From: Eledone cirrhosa
Lineage: Eukaryota
Assembly: GCA_964016885.1 (NCBI GenBank)
Contig: OZ024761.1
Coordinates: 26,102,001 to 26,166,000 of the forward strand
Length of the DNA: 64,000 nucleotides
Direction of reading: 5' to 3'
Shown here: positions 40,230-56,432 of the stretch, one piece after another
Layout: each line of letters starts with the position of its first letter
Numbering within the stretch: position 1 is the first letter of the stretch
Translations under genes and position numbers: made by a program
The notes under the pieces: model-generated
Told to the model about the DNA's origin: nothing
The model's database searches: none
Seen by the model: the letters and a program-made list of their open reading frames with translations, nothing else

Positions 40230-41015
40230 TGCAGGGTTGTTTTACACTCCGTAGATAGAACAACCCTCAACACCAGGAGCACGGTTTGTAGGTGTTCCTG
40301 TCTTCCCTCTGTTTGTCTTCCTTAACCTACAGGTGTATATAGAGGAGAAGGCCCATTCACTCAGGCCATTTTCGTCACATTCACCCACATTCGCGCGAAT
40401 TTACTGGAGTGTAGCACCTCTCTCTCCACTCTCAACTTCCTTCTGAAGTGGTACTTAAAGAAGGTGGTGAGTTGTTGTCCGGAGAAAAAGGTGCTTGCCC
40501 TCAGTCCCTTTAACATCTTCATCTTCCACATATTACCTCTTTCGCCATAGCCACCAGACAGAGGAAGACCGCCTCTCCTTCATTCCTAAATGAAGGCGGC
40601 GATGTGATCCTCACGATGGACTAGACTAACAACTGGATGCGTCCCACACGTGACAGTAGCTGTTCTACATAATTTCACAGGTGGGTCACCCCTGGGTACT
40701 GAACAATTGCGTGCAGAACGGTTTCGATGTCCTGCTCGCATCTTGGAGAGGTCCTTTTGGCAGGATCTCTGCCAGGGCGTCCGTGCTTGTAGATTGTGTC
40801 GTCTCGAACTGGTAGAGATCCTCGGTAGCACTGCCAGTCTAGAGACCTCTGGAAGTTATCCATAGACCCTGGACGGAAATCCTCCCGAACAGACTGGTCA
40901 GTTCGTCTTCCTCGATGCCTAGAGTTTCGCCGAGAACGTCGTCGCACTCATACTCCACTAATCCCTTATAGAATGTCGAAGTGGAGTCACCGCTGATTGC
41001 CGTTTCCTCTCGGTA
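40230..41015 (-). mobile_element. Tx1/L1-like LINE 3' fragment (zf-RVT region, degenerate)
   Basis: Minus translation ..LDWQCYRGSLPVRD..SPRCEQDIETVLHAIVQYP (degenerate CCHC) and ..FLCLVAMAKEVMW..FFKYHFRRKLRVERE..F..MW. Confidence 0.75.
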
Positions 41016-41883
41016 GACAGCTAAACAGATAGATAAGTAGAAAGAAAAGGGAGACAGTGAGATAGTGACAAAATCTAAGACAGTAGGTAGGTAGAGAATA
41101 TCAGTATTAGAAAGAAAAATGGAACCAAAGTTTTCCTTCCTTCGTTGTTTGGGTCTATGAAACAAACAGTTTTACATTTTAGAGTTTGCTACGATATCTA
41201 GAGGTGAATTATATAAGTAGATCTCTCATATAGAGGAAAGAAAATCAAACATTAGGCCAATTCATAAATTAACGGCTACTAATTTCAATTTAATAAAATT
41301 ATATTCTGAAAGCCTCATCGTAAACCTAAACAGAATTTGTCAACATATAACCTTGTTTTAATGTATACTGCTTTAAACAAGTGTAACTCAATTATCGCTC
41401 AAACGCTGAGAGAACATTTGGCAAAAGTCAATGTTTGCTTCTCACCATTTTAACATTATATATATAGTGTGTGTGTATGTATGTATGTGTGTGTGTGTGT
41501 ATATGTATATTTCTGTGGTGTGGTGTGTGTGTATATATGGATATATATATATATATTTGTGTGTGTGTATGTATGTATGTATATGTATGTATATGTATGT
41601 ATATATGTAATGTATATGCATGTGTGTATGTATGTATATATGTAATATATATTTATATATATGTATGAGTGTATGTATGTATGTATGTAATGTATATGTA
41701 TGTATGTATGTATGTAATATATATGTATATATATGTATGTGTGTATATATGTAATATATATATATGTATGTGTGTGTGTTTATGTATGTATATATGTGTG
41801 TATGTATGTATGTAATATATGTATATATGTGTATATGTATTTATGTGTATGTGTGTGTGTGCGCGTGTGTATATACATATATA

Positions 41884-43210
<1,327 letters not shown>

Positions 43211-43389
43211 TATTAATTATATTAGTAGTGTGGACAGCAAATTAATAGTTAGTTGTTGCCGTTGGCAATGTAGATTTACACCAATGCATCTACTATTTCT
43301 TTAGCTCTTTTGAAAATCGTTGCCAACCGAAGAATTTGATAAAATTCTTCATATCAATTTATTTAACAGGTATATTTCTGTGGTGTGTG

Positions 43390-43456
<67 letters not shown>

Positions 43457-43627
43457 ATGTGTATGTATATATGTATTGTATATGCATGCATATGCACACG
43501 TATTGTATATGCACACATACATACGCACACACTATATAGCAGGAGCTGTTGACTTGTTACCTGGAAGAGTCTGATCTTGGTGTGGTTGGAATATATTAGG
43601 TTAACGCTTGAAATAACAGCAAGAGGG

Positions 43628-43663
43628 TTTTAACGTTTCGGACGCTAGTCCTTCATCAGAAAA
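43628..43663 (-). ncRNA. Minimal type-I hammerhead ribozyme (Penelope-type GAAACGTH)
   Basis: Minus strand: tttt CTGATGA a-ggac-tagc-gtcc GAAA cg TT aaaa; palindromic AACGTT in place of stem III. Confidence 0.7.
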
Positions 43664-43722
43664 AAAGAAAATTAGAAATATTGAAGAGACGGGTGGGGTG
43701 AAAAAAAATGTCTTTAGATAAA

Positions 43723-44260
43723 AATACCCTTATGGTATCGAACCTCCTGAAACTACCACAGTTTCTGGGATAAGGATAACACTATATTTAAGAGGTTGTT
43801 AACCCATATGATACCAAACTTCTTGAAACGGCAACAGATTCCGGGTTTCAAATAACAATTTCTTTAGTAGGCTATTAACCCTTAAGATACCAATTCCCAC
43901 GAAACCGCCATAGGTTCTGGGATTGAAATATCAATTTCTTTAGTAGGCTATTAACCCTTAAGATACCAACTCCCATGAAAACGGCACAGATTCTGGGATT
44001 AAAATATCAATTTCTTTAGTAGGCTATTAACCCTTAAGATAATAATTCCCACGAAAACGGCACAGGTTCTGGGATTGAAATATCAATTTCTTTAGTAGGC
44101 TATTAACCCTTAAGATACCAATTCACACGAAAACGGCACAGGTTCTGGGATTGAAATATCAATTTCTTTAGTAAGCTATTAACCCTTAAGATACAAACTC
44201 CCACGATAACGGCACAGGTTCTGGGTTTCAAATAACAATATCTTTAAGGGGCTGTTTAAC
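43723..44260. repeat. 76-bp tandem array, about 7 units, each starting TTAACCC
   Basis: ttaaccc at 43799, 43875, 43951, 44027, 44103 and 44179. Confidence 0.9.
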
Positions 44261-44266
44261 CTTATA

Positions 44267-44422
44267 GGCGGCGAATTGACAGTCATTTGAACGACGGATA
44301 GAATGCTTTGAGCTATCCGTTCTCCGCTATCAGCTCTCTCAGTTCAAATCCCGCCGAGGTCAACTATGCATTTCATCCATTCAAGGTCGATAAATAAAAT
44401 ACCAGTTAAATCCACGGGTCGA
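44267..44422 (+). mobile_element. SINE family 2, diverged
   Basis: ggcggcgaattgacag...agttcaaatcccgccgagg...ggtcgataaa. Confidence 0.75.
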
Positions 44423-45053
44423 TTCTTCTTCTAGATCTCTTTCTCATTTCCTCTATCTTTCACTGTCTATCCTTATCAGGAGGAAATGTGCTGTGCTTAG
44501 GCCCGGGGGGGGGGGCTCCGCCAGGCTTAAAATGCCCAAGAAACGTTGTCTGTTAATACGGCCATCCTCCGAGTCTATCAGGAGTTGCGGGACCATACCT
44601 TACCCTACCCTACCATATTATACTATAACCCTTATGATATAAAACCTCCTAAAACATATGTTTGCGTACGTGTATATGAATGTATGTACGTATGTATGTG
44701 CATGTATGTAGGTATGTATAAATGACTCTATCTATCTATCTATCTCTCTCTCTCTTGTGATAGCTATGTCGAAAGAGGTTGTATATGTGGACGAGGTTAA
44801 AAGATTGAAGGGACGGGTGGGGTGAAAAAAAATGTCTTTAGATAAAAATATTCATGTTGCCACCTCTTGGAATATTGTTGCTGAAGTTTTGTGTATGATA
44901 TATTTTTTTTAGAAAAGTGGATGACGGAACGTGTCTACCCGAAATGGGGAAAAAGCCGTTTTTTTTTTAATGTAGAAATGGCTCCTACCTTCAAATGGTG
45001 CACCTTACTAATTGTGGTTAGCCCCAAATGAACCCGTGACTCCCGCTGACGCA

Positions 45054-45119
<66 letters not shown>

Positions 45120-45993
45120 TACGTTTTTAAAAATCTTTTTACTGATTCCAGTCATTAGACAGCGCCCCTGCTGGCACACACGTATATACATACATACATA
45201 CATGCATACATACATACATACATACATACATACATACATACAAACACACAGTCATAAAAGACAACTTTTTCTTGCTTTAACGATCTCTTTTGCTATATAT
45301 TAATTTAATTGTAATTTTTTTTCTTTATTTAAAAGTCTATATTTATTCATTCATTTAATTATTCGTCTTCTCTTACGCCCAAACAGGCCTCTGTCCCCAT
45401 CAGCTCTACTACCAACACTACCAACACCACCATACCAAACACTACGCTTTGAGCGAAGTGCAAATAAAATGTCTAGCATTGAAACAAAAACAAAATAGTA
45501 TATCGCTCGTGTATCACAATAAATGTCAGCAAAATGGAAACATACGGCAGAAAGGGAAAATGTTTTTCAATAACTGCCACTTAAACTGCACTTATTTTAT
45601 ATCGGCATCAATAAATTTTTTGGAGGGAGGTGAGCGATTTTCTCCTAGATTCCAATCGGAAAGAGCCAACCGCTTCCCAATCCATTCGCCGCCATTTTAG
45701 GTGTTGACATCAACATCTATATGTTTATTTACCCGCGGCAACATTAATCATGACGAATGGCAAGGTATAATAAAATACAATTATTTATATAAATTGCTTT
45801 GAGGCATTTTAGAGAAACAAATAGTATACACGTATATATATATGTGTATGTGTGTGTGTGTGTGTGTGTATGTATGTGTGCGTGTGTGTGTGTGTGCGTA
45901 GTAATTACTTATATATATATATACATCTATGTACAAATATATATATATATATAAGTACGTAATTGTTTATATCTACACACATACACACACACA

Positions 45994-46024
<31 letters not shown>

Positions 46025-46209
46025 GTGTGTATATATATATATGTGTGTATATATATATATGTGTGTGTATACATATGTATGTGTGTGTATACATATATAT
46101 ATGTGCGTGTATACATATATATATATGTGTGTATATATAAATATGTGTGTGTGTATATAAATATATATGTGTGTGTATATAAATATATATGTGTGTGTAT
46201 ATAAATATG

Positions 46210-46252
<43 letters not shown>

Positions 46253-47103
46253 ATATATATGTGTGTGTGTGTATATATATATGTGTGTGTGTGTGCGTAT
46301 ATATATATATGTGTGTGTGTGTGTATATATATATACATGTGTGTGTGTGTGTGTATATATTTACCTAGCAGAATATATATTTATTTATTATCCAGCCAAC
46401 ACTCTAATTATCTATGAATCTATCTTATTGTTTGTATCTTTAAATTTATCGACCTATCAATATATCTATCTCTCTATCTTTCTACATCTGTCTATCTATC
46501 TATCTATCCATCAGTCTCCCCCCCCCTCTCTCTCTCTCTGACTCTCTGAATGTATGTCACTATGTATGTAAGACGTATATATATATATATATGTGTATAT
46601 GTACGAATGTTTGTCAGTATCAATGTAAATATATATGTTTATCTTTCTTTAATGCCATGTTAATTATTCACGAAGACACTTCCGTTTGTTAGACAGCTTG
46701 AACGTTGATCTTTGGAACTGACAGAGGTCCGTCAGTACCTTTTAGTTCAAATAACGAAGGATTTTATATATATGTATATAATCCTTATCGTGCCCTATAT
46801 GATTATAGATTATAGACCTCATTGTTTGCTTTGGTAAGATCAGAGAAACTCTATGACATTACAGTCCAAATATTCTTTCATTTGATTCGTAACACATCGT
46901 GTGGTTAAACGTCTTTTAAATTTTCTTTTATTCTACGTAGGTTTTAGGGATGGTTTACGTTTAGTACGTAACATGTATGATGTATATAATTGTTAATTGA
47001 TAATGTATAGTTGTTCTGAATATGAATGTGACATTGTGACCGTATTGAAACGTGCGGACGAATGAAAGAATAAAATATTAATTTCATAGAAATTTTTCTA
47101 TTG

Positions 47104-47159
<56 letters not shown>

Positions 47160-47186
47160 GTATATACATATGTGTGTATAAATATA

Positions 47187-47244
<58 letters not shown>

Positions 47245-47969
47245 AAAATAGTGAAAATAATGAAATTAAACAAAAAACGGTTAATTCATAGTAAAACTTA
47301 TTATTTTACGATCGTTTCTAGGGGGGGGGGGTGTAGTTCCCCGTATGTCCATTCTATTATGGATCTATGTAAAATATATTACAAATTGTCATAGTAAGAA
47401 AATATACATACGTCTTCACTACCCGCCGTGAAATTGTGTATTTTAAAAATTGCTTCACGATATCTTCTACATACGGATTACATTGAGTTCTTCATACGGC
47501 TTAGACTCTACCATTAATTGGGAGATTTATCTGTGTGTGTGTGTGTGTGTGTGCATATATATACATATATAATATACAATGTGTGTGTACATATATACAG
47601 TAACGTTTTAAGTTGATATCCAGTGATTTCACTCTCGTTGTTAGCAACACACACACATACACACACATACACACACACAGATAGACACACAGCTACACTA
47701 ACTTCGATACACACATATACATACACTCACATACACTCACATATACACATATTAGTATATTTCAGACGTTATTATATTTCTCGATATTAGAGATATAAGA
47801 TACGGTTCTTTTTTACTCCAAACCAACAGGGATACTGCTTCTATATAAAAAATATCGTTACTGGTGGAATAAGATGCGATAACTCGACAATTGTATATTT
47901 TATGAGCAAACAAAGAAGTAAGGTGATATTTCGAGTAATTATTTCGATTCCTTTAAAGTTATAATTGTA

Positions 47970-48027
<58 letters not shown>

Positions 48028-48050
48028 TATATAAATACATACATATATAA

Positions 48051-48081
<31 letters not shown>

Positions 48082-48082
48082 G

Positions 48083-48120
<38 letters not shown>

Positions 48121-48537
48121 CATACATATATATAAATACATAGATATATAAATATATATATAAATATATATATATATAAATACATATATAAATATATATA
48201 TATATATATAAATACATATATAAATATATATATATATAAATACATACATATATAAATATATATATATATAAATACATACATATATAGATATATATATATA
48301 TATATAAATACATACATATATAAATATATATATATGAATACATACATATATAAATATATATATATATATGAATACATACATATATAAATATATATATATA
48401 TAAATACATACATATATAAATATATATATAAATACATACATATATAAATATATATATAAATATATATATAGATAATATATAAACATCTATATATATGTAG
48501 ATTTAAATATATGTGATATATATACATATATATATAC

Positions 48538-48568
<31 letters not shown>

Positions 48569-48676
48569 GATAATATATAAACATCTATATATATGTATGT
48601 ATATATATATATGTAGATTTAAATATATGTGTTATATATATATATATATATATATATGTAGATTTAAATATATGTG

Positions 48677-48735
<59 letters not shown>

Positions 48736-48898
48736 TATATATATATTTATATATATATATATATAGATAATATATAAACATCTATATATATGTATGTATA
48801 TATATATGTATGTAGATTTAAATATATGTGATATATATATGTGATATATATGTGATATATAATATATATATATATATGTATGTAGATAATTATGTGAT

Positions 48899-48956
<58 letters not shown>

Positions 48957-48957
48957 G

Positions 48958-48989
<32 letters not shown>

Positions 48990-48991
48990 TC

Positions 48992-49023
<32 letters not shown>

Positions 49024-49225
49024 GATATGTAAATATATATATATCTGTATATATATATACATATATACATACATACATAATATTTTAAAATATTGTATTT
49101 TCAGTGATATCGAGTATTATTTGGTTCCGTTCACCAAAATGATTTTCAATAGACAGTAACGAGATAATTAATTCTGTAGAGAAATTTGAGTCATCTGATA
49201 TAATATATATATATATATATATATA

Positions 49226-49294
<69 letters not shown>

Positions 49295-49299
49295 GTTTA

Positions 49300-49375
49300 C
49301 AGGGTCTACCCAAAAATGTATACACACTTTACCAGCATCCTAATAAAGTGTGTATACATTTTGTTGGAACATCTG
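49300..49375. mobile_element. Minimal Tc1/mariner-type MITE (TIRs only)
   Basis: TA|cagggtctacccaaaaatgtatacacacttta ... taaagtgtgtatacattttgttggaacatctg|TA. Confidence 0.7.
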
Positions 49376-49812
49376 TATATATTTTTTTTCTTTAGGTCGT
49401 TTTGGAAGCTTCAACAATGGAGATGGGTAATTCTCCGGGTAACAAGATCCGTTGGTGAAGAGAGAGATGTAAGTGAATGTAGAATGAGATGTATAGTGTG
49501 TAGAGGAGCGTAGGAAAGAGCGTAAAAAATAAAAATAATAACACGACATAGAGTTACCTTGGGAGAGATTTTAATTGTCCCTATATATTTCGGATTGACA
49601 TCCATCAAGCGGGGTTTTTTTTCCGGGGGGGGGGGGGGGGGTCTGTCGGAAAGGTGCGAAACGTGTCCTCCGCTGTTCGTTGTTTTGAATATCTGAGGTA
49701 GTCAGCAGAGCGCGCGTGCGCGTGAAATGGGGTCGGTCAAGTATAGGTCGGCGGCCGAAATAGTTATTTTAATTGTGGGAGTGGGGTGGCTTTATATATA
49801 TATATATATATA

Positions 49813-50098
49813 TAACGAATTAGTTGTGGGAAGGAACCAGATGGACCATAACGTACCAGAGTACTCAAGTGTAGTAGAGTGGGTAATAGGAAAATGTATG
49901 ACCCCGACGGCAGAGCTGAAGCCGTTTCGACGGCTATTTCTGGATTAAATTACAATTTTGGACAACTAAAATCTTCCCTTATAAGGGATTACTCCTTGAA
50001 AAGTTCGGCTATTCATTTACCACGCTAAAAATTCTACTTTATTCCAGAAATAGCCGTCGAAATGGTTTGAGCTCTGCAGTCAGGGTCATAGATTTTCC
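49813..50098. mobile_element. Family B subfamily fold-back with about 100-bp spacer
   Basis: About 49888-49945 is inverted at about 50041-50098; tail with gtactcaa. A short related copy lies at 52044-52167. Confidence 0.75.
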
Positions 50099-50121
50099 TA
50101 TATATCTCTCTCTCTCTCTCT

Positions 50122-50161
<40 letters not shown>

Positions 50162-50468
50162 ATTTGTTTTCGCTCTATCATAGCGGATATGTAAATGTAT
50201 TCGTAATGATAATGATATTATAATAATATTATTAATAGCCGATTCGTTTGAATATATATATTCATTCCTTCATTCATATATATATATATATACATACACA
50301 AACATATATATATATATATATATATAATAATTTAACTCCGCACTAGCACCACCAACTACAAAAACGAAGACGGTTGAACTGCTTTACGTTGACTACTCTC
50401 CATATTATTACATTAAAATTGACCATACGGAATTGACCAGCTCTATCCAGTGGTGAACCTTCAATCCC

Positions 50469-50504
<36 letters not shown>

Positions 50505-50584
50505 TCTTTCATTCATATATATATATATATATATAGTCTTAATCAAATCCATTAGAAACCCAGAGAAATTTCTATGCGACACAA

Positions 50585-51000
50585 TCTCCTAGAATGCCAG
50601 CTAATCCTCTGTAGATAAGCTTTTAACAACTACATGATGATAAATAGTATACTTTACATTAAATAAATCTCAGAGAAAACACTAAGAAACCCTTAAAAAC
50701 ATCCTTTTAGAGACTACACCCTTTGAGGCCAGATAAACCTCTATGGGTATGAGGTGTAACAACAAAAAAGTGAAGGGTTTTGAAACCCCTATCTTTAAAA
50801 AAAAATACTAGAGAAAATCAGCGAAAGACAATATCGTAGGAGGCCAGCTAAACCTAAATAGGTATTAACAGTAACAACAATACGATGGGAATTGAAACCC
50901 CTATTTAAAAAAAAAACATCCCAGAGAAGCCCTGAGAAACGTCATACTAGAATGTATATCTGACGAGGCCAGCTAAAATTGCAGAGGTTTACCCAAGCTG
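50585..51000. repeat. Degenerate tandem repeat, about 120-130 bp, 4 units
   Basis: Recurring (gag)gccag(c/a)taa motif at about 50596, 50725, 50840 and 50965, with gaaacccctat in two units. Confidence 0.55.
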
Positions 51001-51548
51001 TAATAAAAATAATGTTTGAAGAGAAGTTCCCTGTCATAAAGGGTAACAAATTAAACGAAAAACAAAAAGGGGAAACACTTTACCTTTCATCCTTTCGAGG
51101 TCGATTCTTCCTCTATAGAAAAAAATCGGCTGTGTTTAGACCTGGGGAATGTTGGTCTCTACTTGGTTTAAAAGTGCCCAAGACACACCGTATGAAACGG
51201 TCCGTCTATGGTTCCACAAGGAGTTATGGGATCTTAATCGTTATCGTTTGGAGGTTAGTTAACCTGTATAGGTGAGAACGAGAACAATAATACTCACTAT
51301 ACCAACAGCAGTAAAGACAAAAACAGGAAAAGCCCCAATACTTAGTATAACATTGACGTACGCCATGATATAAGGAAAGTCGTGCGAAATAGGCGATTAC
51401 TCAGCGACTGATGAACATTTATTGCTGCAAATATTTGGCTAAGTACTTTGAATAGTAAACGATATAGTACTCAGTAAGTGGAGTTAGTGTGTGTGTGAAT
51501 GTAGGAGACACCTTATATATATATCATATATATATATATATATATATA

Positions 51549-51739
51549 GGAACGAGTAGGAGCCCGACGGCTGAGCTCAAGCCGTTTCGACGGCTAATTC
51601 TGGACTCAGAATTAGCCGTCGAAACGGCTTGAGCTCAGCCCTCGGGGTCCTACTCGTTCCTATTACCCACTCTACTACGCTAAGTATTGAGTACTTTGGT
51701 GCGTTATGGTCCACCTGGTTCCTTACCACATTTCCTTCG

Positions 51740-51742
<3 letters not shown>
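51549..51742. mobile_element. Asymmetric fold-back element, family B
   Basis: gacggctaattctggac|tcagaattagccgtcgaaacggcttgagctcagcc; tail ends in (TA)n. Confidence 0.8.
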
Positions 51743-51779
<37 letters not shown>

Positions 51780-52012
51780 AGGAAGTGAGTTTTATTGTAA
51801 CACACTAAAGCAATGCAAATTACTTTTTCCCAATCTCATACATCAATCTTATTTTTTTTTTATTTTTCATATGTTGATTTAAAACTTAAAACTTCACTAT
51901 TCACAAGTGTTTTTTAAGCTTCATATCATGTCTCCCTATTTAATGTGATGATATTTGTTTTTGAAATGCGCATAATAAAATATTTGGAACTCTTTTAACC
52001 ATCTTTTGATCT

Positions 52013-52043
<31 letters not shown>

Positions 52044-52505
52044 GGAAAATATATGACCACGAAGGCAGAGGGTCATACCTTTTCCTATTACCTACTCTAC
52101 TACCCTAAGTATTGAGTACTCTGGTGCGTTATGGTCCATCTGGATCCTTACCACAACTCCTTCGTTATATATATATATATATACATACATACAGGTGAAG
52201 AGACAGGCTGTGTGGTTACTGAAAACGAAGTGTTAGAAGGTAAACAAGAGAAGAAAAGTATCCCTTCATCAGCTGTTTACTACAGATCATTGATGTTTCG
52301 GCGCTTAAAACATAACATCGATCTGTAGCGTGCCCATGGCCTTTTATCCATCAAAAGACCGTGAGGCAAAAAAGTGATAGTGAAGAGAAAGGAAGAAGAA
52401 AAAAAGGGAGAAAAAAAAAAATATATATATAAAGAGAGATGATTTATATGTAACATGTATATATGCTCACATATGTATGTATGTGTGGGTGGGTGTATGC
52501 GAAAA

Positions 52506-52562
<57 letters not shown>

Positions 52563-52601
52563 TATAAATGTTTATATGCTTACATACATACACACACATA
52601 T

Positions 52602-52664
<63 letters not shown>

Positions 52665-54655
52665 TGCACGCACGACTTCTCTCGTATACAAATCCACCTA
52701 CATATACATACATGTATATTAACATACACAAATATATACATGCATATACATACATTCATTCATACATGCATACATATATACATGCATACATACATACATA
52801 CATACATTCATACATTCATTCATACATATATACATGCACACATGCATGTATTCATTCATACATTCATACATACATACATACATACATGCATGCATGCATG
52901 CATGCATGCATGCATGCATGCATACATGCACACATGCATGTATTCATTCATACATACATATATACATTCATACATACATTCATACATACATGCATACATA
53001 CATACATACATACATACATACATACATACATACATACATACATACATACATACATACATACATGCATGCATGCATGCATGCATGCATACATGCACGCATG
53101 CATATATTCATTCATACATATATACATACATTCATACATTCATTCATTCATACATACATACATACATATATACATGCACACATACATTCATTCATTCATA
53201 CATACATACATACATACATACAGATAAATACATACATACATACATACATACATACATACATACATACATAGATAAATATATATATAGATAAATACATACA
53301 TACATACATACATACATACATACATACATACATACATACAAATACATAGGCATAATATTTTGCTCTCCATTTTCTATAACAAATGTACGGCCGTGTTCCC
53401 GCCTGTTCTATTAATGGAACTTTCCAGTAACAATTTGCTGCCATTATTGTGTCTGACATCCATGACACTACCCTAATTCTATCGTCTGTCGATTCCAATA
53501 ATACAATAACGTTTGGTTTGCGTATGTGTGTGGTTTTATGTGTGTGTCTGTGTGTGTTTTTGTGTATGTGATGATGTGTGTCTGTGTGTGTGTTTTTGTG
53601 TGTGTATGTGAGGATGTTTGTGTGTCTGTGGGTGTTTTTGTGTGTATGTGAGGATGTTTGTGTGTCTGTGTGTGTTTTTGTGTGTGTATGTGATGATGTG
53701 TTTGTGTGTGTGTCTGTGTGTGTGTGTGTGTTTGTATGTGATGATGTGTGTGTGTTTGTGTGTGTGTGTTTGTGTGTGTGTCTGTTTATCAGATTGACAT
53801 AGTGAATGTGTGAGTATGAGAGTGAAGGAAAGAGATAAAGCGAGAGGGTGTATGTATGTGTATATGTGTGTGTGTGTGTGTGTATCAGTGACAGTGAATG
53901 TGTGAGTGAGAGGAAAGAGATAAAGTGAGTGTATGTGTGTGTTTATCAGACAGTTGGAGAATATGTGTGTGTGTGTGTGTTTTGATGTGTTTGTGTGTGT
54001 GTGTGTTTATCAGATTGACATAGTGAATGTGTGAGTGTTAGAGTGAAGGAAAGATAAAGAGTGTGTATGTATGTGTATATGTATGTATGTATGTGTATAT
54101 ATAAATGGGTGTGTGTGTTTATCAGTGACAGTGAATGTGTGTGTGAGAGGAAAGAGATAGTGTGTGTATGTGTGTATGTTTATCACAGATAGAGAATATG
54201 AGTGTGTGTCTGTGTGTGTGTGTATGTGTGTTTATCAGAGAGACATATAGAGAATATGTGTGTGTGTGTGTGTGTATCAGAGAGACAGATAGAGAATATG
54301 AATGTGTGTATGTATGTGTGTGTGTATGTGTGTTTATCAGACTGTGTGTGTGTGGTGTGTGTGTGTGTTTATGAGATAGAGAATATGAGAGTGAGTGTGA
54401 GTGTGTGTGTGTGTTCATCGGAGAGTGACAGATAGAGAATATGAGAGAGAAAGTGTGTGCGTTTATCAGAGAGTGGCAGATAGAGAATGTCTGAGTGTGA
54501 GAGAGAGGAGGGGAGAGAGAGAGAGAGGGGAGTGGAGTGTGAGAGAGAGGAGGGGAGTGAGAGAGAGAGGGGAGTTTCTAGATGTAACGAGAAAAGCTTT
54601 TAAAAAATATGAGAGCGTAAGGGAGGCATGTAGGCAGCAATGGATTAACAGGCTG

Positions 54656-54691
<36 letters not shown>

Positions 54692-56432
54692 AGGAAGAGA
54701 GGTATAGAGAGATAGTGGGGGGGGTAGTAAAGGAATGACAGAGACGGAAACATATAGAACGAGCGAGAGAGAGATATGGGGGGGGAGTGGAAGGAGAGAG
54801 AGTGAGAGAGGGAAAGAGAGTGGGAGGAGAGATAATGAGAGGGAGAGATAGTGTAAGAGAGAAATGGAAGCAGCAAAGGAGTGACAGAAACAGAGACAGC
54901 GAGAGAGGGAGTTAGATACCTAGATAGATGGAGAGAGAGAGAAAGAGTGATAGATAGCTAAAAAAGAGAGAGAGAGAGATAGATATATATAGAGAGAAAA
55001 ATAGCTAGATAGTTGGAGAGAGCGATAGATAGAGAGATATGGGTGGAGATAGAGAGAGAGATCGATAGATGTAGAGAGAGTGAGAGAGATGGGGGAGGGA
55101 GAGAAGCAGATAGACAAGTAAGTTTCTAGATTTATCAAGAAATGCTTTTAAAAGGCATGAGAGGATGAAAGTGAGTCAACAGAAACAACAATGAAAAGAC
55201 TGTTTGACACAGACAGAGATATACAGAGAGGGAGAGAGAAGCTTGTAGACTTATTATGAAATGTCTTTAAATGTAAACAATGAGAGAGTGAAAGGAAGAG
55301 AGAGAGAGATAATAATCAACAATAAAAACATCATAGAAGAACAATACAGTATTTTGGTGATGTATTTCTTTAATACTTGAAATTGCAGACAAAGAAAAAA
55401 ATGACGTTTTATACGTTAGCCTTTCGTCGAAAGATAGGAGAGGTAAAAGAAATATGAAGATAGATTAGATTAAGGAAAAAATTCATAAACAAAGGAAATT
55501 GGTGAAAAGTGTTATATATCGGATTGCAGCATTGGGTTTTGCTAAGGAATGGTATTAAAAGAATCAAAGAATTTGTATAAAAATATTTCCAACCCGAAAT
55601 TCTCATCGCTGTCATTCAATAGAGCTTAAATATTTATTAGTTATTGTCACGAACTCTCGGTTCCTTATTGTGTATCTGAAAGATAAATATTTTTTTATCT
55701 AAATTCAAGGGTATATATATTTAATATTTCAATTTAACACATGCCAATCAAATTGATTTCATTGCGTATCTATGCAGTGGTTATTTCACTAGAAGTTGAT
55801 GGAGTATGGCCGAAAGTTCCCGGGTTGTATCTCACTCAGAGTAATCCTGGACAAGTGTCAGTTACTATATTTTAGAGTTGACTCATCTATGCCATTCATC
55901 TATTGGAAACGGCAAACAAATACCAGTCCCGTACTGAGGACGGAGGCCGATTTTCCCTCAATATATTTTTCATGCTTCTATTCTCGCGCTCTCTATCGTT
56001 CTCTGGAAGAAATCTACTCTATTCAGACCCGAAGAAGGATGGGGTCGATAAAATAAAGTACCAGTAATGCACTGTGGTAATTGCTGGCCTTGTGCCAAAA
56101 ATAAAAACAATTATATAATCTATTGCAAGTTGTATTTCCGCTGTGTCGGACTAATGTGTGTCCACCGTCATCACTATTGTTTAAATCGTCATTACTTAGT
56201 AATTGCTGATGTAACGGGACCCTACATATTTGCTTCTATTTTTGGCACAAGGCCAGCAATCACCCCCAGTCTATTACTGGTACTTTATTTTATCGACCTA
56301 GTAAGGATGAAAGGTATACCCTAGGTATGGATTGACATGAATCCTAAATTGAAGATAGCGATTCGGGCTTTACACCAAACTGCATTCTTCTGATGACCAA
56401 ATGCTGAAGCTGGCAAATTACATGTTCAGTCA

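Noticed and set aside
43723-44260. Regular repeats resembling a CRISPR array (also 26098-26455 and 37532-37693)
   Set aside because: Units are contiguous with no unique spacers, there are no cas genes and the context is eukaryotic.
50959-56400. Other CTGANGA hits (about 50960, 51408, 56391)
   Set aside because: No downstream stem II-GAAA-stem III arrangement.
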